DNA from: Acidimicrobiia bacterium
GTDB lineage: Bacteria; Actinomycetota; Acidimicrobiia; Spongiisociales; ZC4RG35
DNA: 64,000 nt
Assembly (NCBI GenBank): GCA_965215185.1
Contig: OZ244034.1
Span: 3,008,001-3,072,000 of the forward strand
Direction of reading: 5' to 3'
In this document: positions 9,181 through 18,232 of the stretch, piece after piece
Position numbering within the stretch: the first letter of the stretch is position 1
How the letters are laid out: each line of letters opens with the position of its first letter
Program-made: the position numbers and the translations under genes
The notes under the pieces: model-generated
Seen by the model: only the letters and a program-made list of their open reading frames with translations
Database searches by the model: none
What the model was told of the DNA's origin: nothing

Positions 9181-9252
9181 TCGGGAGTGGTGTAATCGGC
9201 AGCACGACAGGTTCTGGCCCTGTTAGTAGGGGTTCGAGTCCTCTCTCCCGAG
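9181..9252 (+). tRNA. tRNA-Gln(CTG)
   Basis: Acceptor TCGGGAG/CTCCCGA, anticodon arm ACAGG-TTCTGGC-CCTGT, GGTTCGAGTCC T arm. Confidence 0.96.
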
Positions 9253-9278
9253 CGTTTGGTATCATTGCCGCACGCAGT

Positions 9279-9351
9279 GGCCCCGTCGTCTAGGGGCCTA
9301 GGACGCCGCCCTCTCAAGGCGGTAACGCCAGTTCAAATCTGGTCGGGGCTG
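9279..9351 (+). tRNA. tRNA-Glu(CTC)
   Basis: Acceptor GGCCCCG/CGGGGCT, anticodon arm CCGCC-CTCTCAA-GGCGG, GTTCAAATC T loop. Confidence 0.96.
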
Positions 9352-9357
9352 CGGAAG

Positions 9358-9413
9358 ACGGCCCGGTCGTCGCTCATCCGCCGAGGATGAACGGACCGGG
9401 CCGCTCGTATTTT
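9358..9413 (+). terminator. Stem-loop after the tRNA pair
   Basis: GGCCCGGTC...TCATCC/GGATGA...GACCGGGCC followed by TATTTT. Confidence 0.6.
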
Positions 9414-9790
9414 GAAGGCACGCGGACAGGTGGGCCGGATCCTCGCGAGACGCATCCTCGCGAAAACTGTTCCTGGCGAGGCGGTTGACGTTGTCACACC
9501 GGTACCCGATAGTTGGTGATACCAGACACCCGAGCGGCTTCGAACCAGGCGTCAGTCGACCATCCGGGGATCATCGATTCAGGAACCCGGGCGCCCGTGC
9601 CGGGCGGGGAGGCGCACGTTCCGATCCCAGGCAAGGTGGTGGTGGGGGTGGGCCCTGAGGAGGGGTCGGCGCCGGCGATTTTCGCGACCCGGCACCCGGT
9701 GGTCCACGGGTCCTGAGACCCTGCCTGCCCGGGCAACCCCATCACGTTGTCCGCCGCTGACGCAGAAGCCGCGCTCCGGATGGCAGACGG

Positions 9791-10498
9791 TCAGGCCTTC
9801 CCGTAGACGGGGACCGCGGCACCCGACATGACCCCGGACTCTCCGGTCAGGATGTATTCGGCCACTGCGGCGATCTCGTCGGGGGTGGGCCACTTGACGT
9901 AGTCCGAGTAGGGGAGGGTCGCCCTGGTCGCGGGGGTGTCGATCACGGACGGGAGGATAACGTTGACGGTGATGTCGGCCTCCTCCAGTTCCAGAGCCGC
10001 CGTCTTGGCCAAGGATACCACGCCGGCCTTGGCGATGTTGAAGGCCGCCTGCCCGGGCGGGGTGTCCACCGCCGCCCGGCTTCCCACCAGCAGGATGCGT
10101 CCGCCGCCGCCCGCCTCCAGGTACGGGATGGCGGCTCTGACGGTGCAGAAGGCCGAGCGCAGGTTGAGGTCGATCATCCGGTCGAACCGTATGTCGTCCG
10201 TGTCGGCTACATCGCGCCCCCCGGCCCAGCCCCCCACCAGTGCCCCCACCACGTCGACCCGCCCGAACCGTGAGGCGATCGATGCCATGAAACCATCGAT
10301 CTTCTCCCGCTCGACCGCGTTGACCCTCCTCAGGACCAGCCGGTCCTCGTCGTAGGGGAAGCGTTCCTCGTATTCGACCGCCTCGTCGGGGATCAGGTAG
10401 GTGGCGCCGATGCGGTAACCCTTGGCGAGCAGCCGTGTGGTCAGCGCGGTGCCCAACCATCCGGTGGCGCCCGTGAGTACGGCTACAGGATCGCTCAT
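9791..10498 (-). CDS. SDR family oxidoreductase
   Basis: TGATGWLG, NVILPSVIDTP; the YxxxK position reads FNIAK. Confidence 0.88.
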   Translation of the reverse strand: MSDPVAVLTGATGWLGTALTTRLLAKGYRIGATYLIPDEAVEYEERFPYDEDRLVLRRVNAVEREKIDGFMASIASRFGRVDVVGALVGGWAGGRDVADTDDIRFDRMIDLNLRSAFCTVRAAIPYLEAGGGGRILLVGSRAAVDTPPGQAAFNIAKAGVVSLAKTAALELEEADITVNVILPSVIDTPATRATLPYSDYVKWPTPDEIAAVAEYILTGESGVMSGAAVPVYGKA

Positions 10499-10537
10499 GG
10501 CCGCTAAGGATAGAGTGGCCGATTCCGGTTGCGTTCC

Positions 10538-11818
10538 TCAGCCGGACTTATCGATGATCCACACATCGGCGACGTTCGTGCCGGTCTTCCCGATCCGCAG
10601 CAGGGCCCCGGCGCGTTCCAGATACGGGTAGGAGTCGCAGCCGGCCAGGTGTCGGCGGGCCACGTCGGGGTCCGTCACCGTCCTGCCGTCCACGTACCCG
10701 CCCGCCGCGTCGGTGGGGCCGTCCACCCCGTCGGTGCCGACCGCCAGGAAGCGGTGGGTGGATCCGGCGATCTCGACTCCCGCGGCCACGGCGGCGTGCT
10801 GGTTGCGGCCGCCGCGCCCCTGTCCGGTCACCTCAACGGTGGTTTCCCCAGCCAGGACCCGGACGGTTCCCTCGGGCGTGGCGGCAAGGGCTCGGCCGAC
10901 CGCTTCGCAGGCCGGTCCCGACAGGGGATCCTCGCCGAGCTCCGCCTCCAGCCCGGCATCGGTGAGATAGCCGGCGGCGGCCCTCCCGGCGGTGATGCCG
11001 TCGGCGAGGATGAGGGCCGGGCCCGCCCGGGACCGTTCCCGCCCGGCAACGGCTGGGGTGCGGGCCGATCTGCGGGCCCGCTCGGCCGCCGTACCCCGGA
11101 TGGAGAACCTTTCGAACACCTCGGAGACATCGAGCGCGGTACGGGGGGCGGCCACGGTCGGGCCGGAAGCCACAACCGCCGGGTCGCCGCCGACGTCGGA
11201 GACGACCAGGGTGGCCACATTGCCCCGGCACCGAGCGGCCAGGCGTCCCGCCTTGACCTTGGACACCGCCTGCCGTACCCCGTTGATCACCTCGATAGGG
11301 GCGCCGGAGCGGATCAGCCGGTCGTTGAGGTCGCGCACGTCGTCGAGGTTCAGACCGTCGCTTGGTGCTTCGAGCAGCGCCGAGCCTCCTCCTGACACCA
11401 GGGCCAGGAGCAGCTCGCCCGGCGCCACCCGCTCGACCAGGGCGATGGCCGCATGCGCCGCCCGGACGCTCTCGCCGTCGGGGATCGGGTGGCCGGCCAC
11501 GATCAGTTCCGCCCATCCGGGGACATCCCCCGCCTCGTCGGTCACCACCAATCCTCCCGAGATCAGGGAACCGAGCGCCTGGTCGGCTGCCCGACTCATT
11601 CCGACGGCCGCCTTCCCGAAGGCCAGCACCGCCACCCGTAGCGCCGCCAGCGGTTCTCCGTCCACCACCACGCTGTCCTCGCGGCGGATCAGCGCCTCCC
11701 GGACCAGACGGGCGGGTTCCACCGCGTCCAAGGCGGCGTCCAGCGCCTCCAAGAGGCGGAGCGTGGCGGCGGGGTCGGCCGTCCTCAGATCCCCAAGCCG
11801 GGCAGCGGCGGGTCCCAT
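10538..11818 (-). CDS. Glycerate 2-kinase (DUF4147 + MOFRL)
   Basis: FGKAA, GHPIPD, SGGGSAL, SGPT, GETTV, GGRN, GTDGVDG, TGTNV; start overlaps the upstream stop. Confidence 0.9.
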   Translation of the reverse strand: MGPAAARLGDLRTADPAATLRLLEALDAALDAVEPARLVREALIRREDSVVVDGEPLAALRVAVLAFGKAAVGMSRAADQALGSLISGGLVVTDEAGDVPGWAELIVAGHPIPDGESVRAAHAAIALVERVAPGELLLALVSGGGSALLEAPSDGLNLDDVRDLNDRLIRSGAPIEVINGVRQAVSKVKAGRLAARCRGNVATLVVSDVGGDPAVVASGPTVAAPRTALDVSEVFERFSIRGTAAERARRSARTPAVAGRERSRAGPALILADGITAGRAAAGYLTDAGLEAELGEDPLSGPACEAVGRALAATPEGTVRVLAGETTVEVTGQGRGGRNQHAAVAAGVEIAGSTHRFLAVGTDGVDGPTDAAGGYVDGRTVTDPDVARRHLAGCDSYPYLERAGALLRIGKTGTNVADVWIIDKSG

Positions 11819-12573
11819 CAGGGGGTGATCCTCTTGAACTCCTCCGCCGCGGTGAGGTCGGCCCCCGCTCCCGCCGCTCGTGCCCGGGCGTGGATCTCGA
11901 CCCGGAACGCCTCGGTGGCCTCCCCCGTACGTCCGGCGCCGTCCATGGTCGTGGTGGCTTGGCTGGAGTGCTCGAGCAACGCCTCCACCTTGCGATCGAC
12001 GAAGCCTTCCACGTCCTCCCGGTGATCGGGCCGGTCGGCGGCCCACAGGAGGAGGGCGCCGGGGCGGTGATGGTCGATCCCGCCACCCAGCTGCTCGGGG
12101 AAGAAGAGATGGTCCCGGGCCGCCACCACCCCGTCCACGACCGCCCAGCCGGTGGCCCGGTGGTCGGGGTGCAGCATGTAGCGCCGCCACGGGTCGTGGG
12201 ACAGCAACACATCGGGGCGCAGCCGGCGGATCCACGCGCACATTTCAGCCCGCAACTCCATCGAGTATTCGAGTTCGCCGTCCACGTGTCCGAGGTTGAA
12301 GGTGTCGACGACCCCGAGTGCGTCGGCCGCCCGCCGCTGCTCCTCGGCCCTGGTCCGGGCGAGTTCGGAAGGCGAGGCCGAGGGATCCCAGGATCCTTTG
12401 GATCCGTCGGTCAGGACCAGCACCGTTATGTGGGCGCCGCCCGCGGCCCACTTCGCGAGGGTGGCGCCGGCCCCGAACTCGGCGTCGTCGGGATGGGCCC
12501 CCACAGCCAGTACCCGGCGCGGTGGTGTCAGGTTGGTAGATGACCGGTCCATTCCGGTGCGGTAGTCGACCAT
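11818..12573 (-). CDS. PIG-L/LmbE family deacetylase
   Basis: AHPDDAE, HPDH, HSSQ. Confidence 0.92.
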   Translation of the reverse strand: MVDYRTGMDRSSTNLTPPRRVLAVGAHPDDAEFGAGATLAKWAAGGAHITVLVLTDGSKGSWDPSASPSELARTRAEEQRRAADALGVVDTFNLGHVDGELEYSMELRAEMCAWIRRLRPDVLLSHDPWRRYMLHPDHRATGWAVVDGVVAARDHLFFPEQLGGGIDHHRPGALLLWAADRPDHREDVEGFVDRKVEALLEHSSQATTTMDGAGRTGEATEAFRVEIHARARAAGAGADLTAAEEFKRITP

Positions 12574-12870
12574 GAACCGAGCCTAGGCCGGTGCTGAGGC
12601 ATCCACGACCCGTCGGTCGTTCGAGGGTAGATGCGCGGGCGGTGGTGCGACGGGCAAAGGGAATCGGGATCGTCCGCACTCTTCCTGCGCGGTCAGCCAC
12701 CTGGAACGGAGGCGGTAGAGGTCTTACGATCCGGCAATCCTGCGGCTCTCAGCCTATCGGTTCGATTGGTATTGTACGAAAGGCGAATTCGGAGGTTAGG
12801 TAGTTGGTCCCATGTTCATCGTGTTGCCAAAGAGCCGATGTCCCCGGGGGTTGGTTTGCCACCCTGCGTA

Positions 12871-12976
12871 CTAGGAGAGTGCTGAGAAACCTCCCGTTGG
12901 GCCGGCGGTCGATGACAAAATGCCACGTCAGTGGACGACGGGCCAACCAATTACGCGTCTTTCAGCATTCTCCTAG
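12871..12976. mobile_element. MITE-like 106-bp foldback element
   Basis: Terminal IR CTAGGAGAGTGCTGAGAAAC / GTCTTTCAGCATTCTCCTAG plus an inner IR; CTAG at both ends. Confidence 0.65.
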
Positions 12977-13069
12977 GAGGCAGCGGCAGCAGTGCGGGTT
13001 CCGGACCCTCGGCCCGCTGACAGGGATCGAGCCGGCGACACCCGAGTGCCGGTCCCACATGGATCCTCA

Positions 13070-14137
13070 ATGCGGATAACGCTGGAGAGTCTCCGCGCGG
13101 TGGCCATAGGATGCACGATCCTAGGAGGGGGCGGGGGAGGCGATCCGAGGATCGGTCAGATGATGGCCGAAGAAGCGATCCAGGTTCTCGGCCCGGTCGA
13201 TGTGTACCAACTCGAAGACCTCGATCCCGACGATCTAATCCTCCCGTGCGGGATGATCGGAGCTCCAACCGTGATGATCGAGAAAATCCCGAACGGTGGT
13301 GAGGGGCGAGCCATCCGAGATGTCTACGAGGACATCTACGGCCGCGAGTTCAAAGCGGTAATGCCGTTCGAGATGGGCGGAATCAACGGGGTATTGCCCA
13401 TCGCCTGGGCAGCTCACGCCGGGCTCCCGCTCGTCGATGGCGATTTCATGGGTAGGGCATTCCCCGAGTTGCAGATGCTCACACCGCATCTGCTCGGGAT
13501 GCCGGGCAGCCCCGCGGTGATCGCCGACGAGCGCCTGCAGACCATCGTCTTCCGAACCCTCGACAACCTCTGGCTGGAGAAACTGGTCCGGAACGCAGTC
13601 GCCACATTCGGAGGGTCCGCTTGCGGGGGTATGTATCCGATGACTGCCTCCCAAGCTCGTGGTCCGCTCATACCGGGGACCGTGTCGCTGGCGGAGCAAC
13701 TGGGACGGGCTATTGGATCCGGCGCGGACGATCCGCTCGAGGCCTTGTCCGAGGTGATCCCCGTTTTCCCGCTCGCAGCCGGGAAGGTGGTCGATGTCGA
13801 TAGGCGCACCGCCGGCGGGTTCGTCCGGGGGTCGGCGGTCATAGAGGGTATAGACCGGCACCGGAACCAGGTCTTCCGTCTCGAGTTCCAGAACGAGAAC
13901 CTGGTGGTGTTGAAGGATGGGGAAGCGCTGGCCACCGTCCCCGACGTAATCACCCTGCTCGACTACCACACCGCCCATGGGATCGTCACTGAGGGAATCA
14001 GGTACGGGCAGCGGGTGAGGATCGTGGCGTTTCCCAGCCCGAAGCAGTGGACCTCACCCGAAGGTATTGCAACCGTCGGTCCGCGGGCATTCGGGTACGA
14101 CGTCGACTATGTGGGAGTAGAGCAGCGGTATGGGTGA
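13070..14137 (+). CDS. DUF917 family protein
   Basis: LGGGGGG, GAPTVMIEK, EMGGIN, DFMGRAFPELQM, FQNENL, VPDVI, VGPRAFG. Confidence 0.92.
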   Translation: MRITLESLRAVAIGCTILGGGGGGDPRIGQMMAEEAIQVLGPVDVYQLEDLDPDDLILPCGMIGAPTVMIEKIPNGGEGRAIRDVYEDIYGREFKAVMPFEMGGINGVLPIAWAAHAGLPLVDGDFMGRAFPELQMLTPHLLGMPGSPAVIADERLQTIVFRTLDNLWLEKLVRNAVATFGGSACGGMYPMTASQARGPLIPGTVSLAEQLGRAIGSGADDPLEALSEVIPVFPLAAGKVVDVDRRTAGGFVRGSAVIEGIDRHRNQVFRLEFQNENLVVLKDGEALATVPDVITLLDYHTAHGIVTEGIRYGQRVRIVAFPSPKQWTSPEGIATVGPRAFGYDVDYVGVEQRYG

Positions 14138-15716
14138 TATCGCCTGGAGGATCGGTATCGATGTCGGCGGAACCAACACCGATGCGGTCGTTCTCGACTC
14201 GCAGGACCGTCTGCTCGCCCGAGTCAAGACATCGACCAGCGAGGACGTGACTACCGGAATCGTCAACGCCCTGGAACTCGTTCTCGAAGAACTGGACGGG
14301 CCCGTATCCAACATCAGCCACGTGATGCTCGGCACCACCCACGCTACCAACGCCATCCTCCAGCGAAGGGATCTCTACAAGGTGGCCATGGTCAGGATCG
14401 GAGGCCCCGCCACCCGCTCCATTCCCCCTCTCGCCGGCTGGCCTTCCGGGCTCCGCTCGGCGGTGTCGTGCGGGGAGGTGGTGATCGACGGGGGAGTGGA
14501 GATGACCGGAGAGCCACTGGTCCCGCTGGACGAAGAAGCCGCTCGATCGTTTCTGGGTTCGGTCGCAGGCAGCGCCGAGGCCGTATCGGTCGCCGGAGTC
14601 TTCTCACCGGTCGTGGCGGACCAGGAGCTTCGCATCGAGGAGATAGCCCGCGAGGAGATGGGGGATGTCCCGATCTCCCTGAGCAATGAGATAGGGTCTC
14701 TCGGTCTCCTCGAACGTGAGAACGCCTGCATCCTCAACGCGGCGCTGGTCCGGGTAGCCCGACGGGTGATCGACGGCCTCACGTCGGCGATAGCGGCCTA
14801 CGGAATCTCGGCCGAGGTCTACGTGGCTCAGAACGACGGCACTTTGATGGGCCTCGACTACGTCCGCCGCTACCCGGTTCTGACGATCGGGAGTGGCCCT
14901 ACCAACAGCATGCGGGGCGCCATCTACCTGGCCGGCCTGACCGACGCCCTGGTTGTGGATGTTGGCGGGACATCCACCGACATCGGCATTATCAGCAACG
15001 GCTTCCCTCGCGAGTCGTCGACGGCGGTGGAGGTGGGTGGGGTGCGTACCAACTTCCGCATGCCTGACCTGGTATCCATCGCGATCGGGGGCGGGACCAT
15101 CCTCACCGACGATCCGGCAGGTGTGCGGATCGGACCCGAGAGTGTCGGGTTCCGCATACGCGAGGAGGCTCTCGTATTCGGCGGGCGAACCCCCACCCTC
15201 ACCGACGCCGCAGTGGTGGGCGGCAGGGCCGATTTCCTGGGCAGCTCCGAACGGTTGACGAACCAAGCCGACCTCCTTGGGAGGGCGATGACGGCATGTG
15301 ACGAGTTCGTCAGCGAGGCTGTCGACCGCGCCAAGGTCTCGAGAAAGGAGCTTCCGCTCATAGCCGTAGGCGGTGGGAGCATCCTGATCCCTGCAGCCAT
15401 CCCGGGGGTATCGGAGGTGATCCGGCCGGACCAGTACGACGTGGCCAACGCTATCGGGGCCGCCATCGCTTCGGTCTCCGGGGAGATCGACCGGGTTTAC
15501 AAGCTCGGTCCCGGCGGGCGAGAGGAAGCGGTGTCGGACGCCGTAGCCACCGCCAAGGGTGAGGCAGTCAGTGCCGGAGCCGATCCGGTCTTGGTGGATG
15601 TCGTGGAGATCGAGGAGGTTCCCCTTGCCTACCTGACCGAACCCGTGATCCGAATCCGGGTCAAGGCGGCCGGACCTCTCCGACCTCCAGAACATGTCCA
15701 GGAGTCGATGCCATGA
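14130..15716 (+). CDS. Hydantoinase/oxoprolinase family (HyuA-like) protein
   Basis: GIDVGGTNTD, GTTHATNA, SGPTNS, DVGGTSTD. Confidence 0.93.
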   Translation: MGDIAWRIGIDVGGTNTDAVVLDSQDRLLARVKTSTSEDVTTGIVNALELVLEELDGPVSNISHVMLGTTHATNAILQRRDLYKVAMVRIGGPATRSIPPLAGWPSGLRSAVSCGEVVIDGGVEMTGEPLVPLDEEAARSFLGSVAGSAEAVSVAGVFSPVVADQELRIEEIAREEMGDVPISLSNEIGSLGLLERENACILNAALVRVARRVIDGLTSAIAAYGISAEVYVAQNDGTLMGLDYVRRYPVLTIGSGPTNSMRGAIYLAGLTDALVVDVGGTSTDIGIISNGFPRESSTAVEVGGVRTNFRMPDLVSIAIGGGTILTDDPAGVRIGPESVGFRIREEALVFGGRTPTLTDAAVVGGRADFLGSSERLTNQADLLGRAMTACDEFVSEAVDRAKVSRKELPLIAVGGGSILIPAAIPGVSEVIRPDQYDVANAIGAAIASVSGEIDRVYKLGPGGREEAVSDAVATAKGEAVSAGADPVLVDVVEIEEVPLAYLTEPVIRIRVKAAGPLRPPEHVQESMP

Positions 15717-15790
15717 TTGGGGTGAGCCCTGCGGCTGCCGTGGCCCGGACCAGTCAAGACAAGGAACGATATGACTAGGGAAGCCAGAAA

Positions 15791-16789
15791 ATGACCACAG
15801 AATCTAGCTCACGCGTCGGGGCGATCATCCCGACATCCATCGCCGGCCCGGAAGACATAGCCTCCGCTGCCCGATTCGTCGAGGATGCCGGGTTCGGCGA
15901 GGTCTGGGTCGCCGAGGACTACTTCTTCTACGGTGGCATGTCTACGGCGGGCTTGGTGCTCGAAACGACCGAATCCATCCAGGTCGGCCTCGGCGTCGTG
16001 GCGAGCGTGGCTCGCCATCCGGCTGTGACCGCCATGGAGTTCGCCACCCTCGGCAGGGCCTACCCCGGCCGCTTCCTCCCCGGGATCGGTCACGGGGTAC
16101 CGGCATGGACCAAGCAGATGGGCCTGTACCCGAAGAGCCCGCTCGGCGTGTTCCGTGAGGTCGCCACCAGCGTCCGCCGGCTGGTCGAAGGCGAGACCCT
16201 GGACGAATCCGGTCATTACACCTTCAACTCGGTCACCCTCACCCATCCTTCGCCCGGGTTGGAGATCCTCGGCGGGGTGGTAGGACCCAAATCGTTGCAG
16301 CTGTCCGGCGAGTTGATGGACGGGACCGTACTGTCGGTGCTGGCCGGTCCCAAGTATGTCGAGTACTCCATCGACCATACATCCAGAGGCATGGCGAAGG
16401 CCGGGCGGTCCGGTGACCACCTACTCCCGACGTTTGCCCTGTTCGCGGTGGACGAGGACGGCGACGCTGCTCGGGCTTCCGCCAGAGGAATCGTCGCCTT
16501 CTACCTTTTTGCAGTCGGGCCGACTCCCCTTACCGGGGTTTACGACGCCAACCCGGCGCTCATCGACATGCTCCAGCGGGGCGGGCCGGAGAAGGTCGCT
16601 GAGGAAATGCCCGACGAATGGCTCGAAACGTTCGCCGTGGTGGGCACACCCTCCGAATGCGCGACGAAGATCGAGGCCCTGCTGGCTGCCGGCGCCTCGT
16701 CTGTGGTCCTGTTCCCGGTCGCTGCCGATCAGAGCCGCACCCAGCTCGAGATCGCGTCCCGGCAAGTTCTCCCCAAGATCGGCAATTGA
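15791..16789 (+). CDS. LLM-class flavin/F420-dependent oxidoreductase
   Basis: VWVAED, RHPAVTAME, GRFLPGIG, GPKSLQLSGELMDG. Confidence 0.9.
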   Translation: MTTESSSRVGAIIPTSIAGPEDIASAARFVEDAGFGEVWVAEDYFFYGGMSTAGLVLETTESIQVGLGVVASVARHPAVTAMEFATLGRAYPGRFLPGIGHGVPAWTKQMGLYPKSPLGVFREVATSVRRLVEGETLDESGHYTFNSVTLTHPSPGLEILGGVVGPKSLQLSGELMDGTVLSVLAGPKYVEYSIDHTSRGMAKAGRSGDHLLPTFALFAVDEDGDAARASARGIVAFYLFAVGPTPLTGVYDANPALIDMLQRGGPEKVAEEMPDEWLETFAVVGTPSECATKIEALLAAGASSVVLFPVAADQSRTQLEIASRQVLPKIGN

Positions 16790-16883
16790 ACATGTGCTAC
16801 CCGGACCCGCACAACACGAAGGTCGCAGAGCCCGGCTGTAAGTGCCGGTTGCCGGACATATCCGCTCGTAGAGGAGTCGTGAC

Positions 16884-17762
16884 ATGAAAGTCAGAAGAGT
16901 TACGACCACCGAGGAGGCGTTGGAGGCGCTGGCCGAGCTCGGAAGCGCCGCCCAGCCCCTCGCCGGTGGAACCGACGTGATGGTGCAGCTGTCCCGCAGC
17001 GAGATCTCACCCGAGGTGTTGGTACCCATCCATGAGTTGGAGGAGCTGTCCAACATCGAGGTCAACGGCGGGCCACGGGTCGGAGCGCTCGTCACCCATG
17101 AGACGCTCGCCAAGGGAGCACTGGGATCGGCTTACCGGAGCGTGGCCGAGGCTGCTGTCACCGTAGGTGGGTGGCAGACCCAGGCGGTGGGAACGCTGGG
17201 AGGGAACATCTGCAATGCCTCCCCGGCCGCGGACACCCTACCCCCGCTGCTGGTTCACGATGCCGAAGTGGAGTTGCGATCCAGGACCGGGATGCGCACC
17301 CTTTCATTGGGCGAGTTCATCGTCGGTCGAAGAGAGACCCTTCGGGAACCGGATGAGTTGCTTACAGCGGTCGGACTCGCTCCAGGCGCCGAGCGGAGCG
17401 GCGATGTGTACCTCAAGGTCGGCCGGAGGGGCGCCATGGAGGTAGCCATCGTGGGTCTTGCCATGCGTCTCGTCTTCGATGAGAACGAGACCGTCTCGAC
17501 GGCCCGCCTCGCTCTCGCGTCGGTGGCGCCGGTGCCGCTACGGGTACGAGCGGCCGAGGCACTGCTGGAAGGCCAGGCCCTGGACGGATCGACCCTGGAC
17601 CTGGCGTCCGAAGCAGTACTCGAAGCAATCAACCCGATCGATGATCTGCGGGCCTCGGCTTCCTACCGTCGGCTTCTGATCCCCGGGCTGGTCCGTCGCG
17701 CCGCCGGTATGTGCGCCGGCCGGGCCGGGATCTCAACCGAAGTGGAGGAGGTGCAATCATGA
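16884..17762 (+). CDS. Mo-hydroxylase FAD-binding (medium) subunit
   Basis: AGGTD, GTLGGNICNASPAAD, DDLRAS. Confidence 0.93.
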   Translation: MKVRRVTTTEEALEALAELGSAAQPLAGGTDVMVQLSRSEISPEVLVPIHELEELSNIEVNGGPRVGALVTHETLAKGALGSAYRSVAEAAVTVGGWQTQAVGTLGGNICNASPAADTLPPLLVHDAEVELRSRTGMRTLSLGEFIVGRRETLREPDELLTAVGLAPGAERSGDVYLKVGRRGAMEVAIVGLAMRLVFDENETVSTARLALASVAPVPLRVRAAEALLEGQALDGSTLDLASEAVLEAINPIDDLRASASYRRLLIPGLVRRAAGMCAGRAGISTEVEEVQS

Positions 17763-18232
17763 GATCACCAGTCTCGTTCGCCGTCAACGGGCGGGGGGTG
17801 ACGGCCGATGTCGACGGTGCTGCCACCCTTCTCGATGTCATCCGCAACAACCTCGGGCTCACCGGAACGAAGGAGGGCTGCAACGAGGGCGAGTGCGGGG
17901 CTTGCACCGTCCTCATCGACGGCAAGCCTGTCCACTCGTGCATCTACCCGGCCATATCCGTCGCGGGTCACTCGGTGGTGACCGTCGAGGGCATGTCGGC
18001 CACGGGGACGGGTCGGGCCGTGCAGGAGGCTTTTTGGGACTCCGGCGGTATCCAGTGCGGGTTCTGCACCCCGGGTTTCATAGTGACCGTCACCGCCTTG
18101 CTGGAGGAGAACCCCGCCCCTAGCGAGGATGAGGTGCGCCTGGCCCTAGCAGGAAACATCTGCCGTTGTACCGGCTATAGCCAGATACTCGACGCCGTAG
18201 CAGGAGTCGTAAGTGGGAAGGAGCGAACGTGA
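17759..18232 (+). CDS. Mo-hydroxylase 2Fe-2S (small) subunit
   Basis: GCNEGECGACT, QCGFCTPG, NICRCTGY. Confidence 0.95.
   Translation: MRSPVSFAVNGRGVTADVDGAATLLDVIRNNLGLTGTKEGCNEGECGACTVLIDGKPVHSCIYPAISVAGHSVVTVEGMSATGTGRAVQEAFWDSGGIQCGFCTPGFIVTVTALLEENPAPSEDEVRLALAGNICRCTGYSQILDAVAGVVSGKERT

Noticed and set aside
9181-9351. tRNA genes as an island attachment site
   Set aside because: No site-specific integrase and no duplicated tRNA 3' end seen in the window
9494-9745. 83-aa ORF downstream of the SDR
   Set aside because: No motif or clear RBS; cannot be supported
10538-12241. Long N-terminal extensions in the ORF track (also 41389..42618, 47863..49140, 59434..60603)
   Set aside because: They overlap neighbouring genes; internal starts coupled to upstream stops or RBSs fit better
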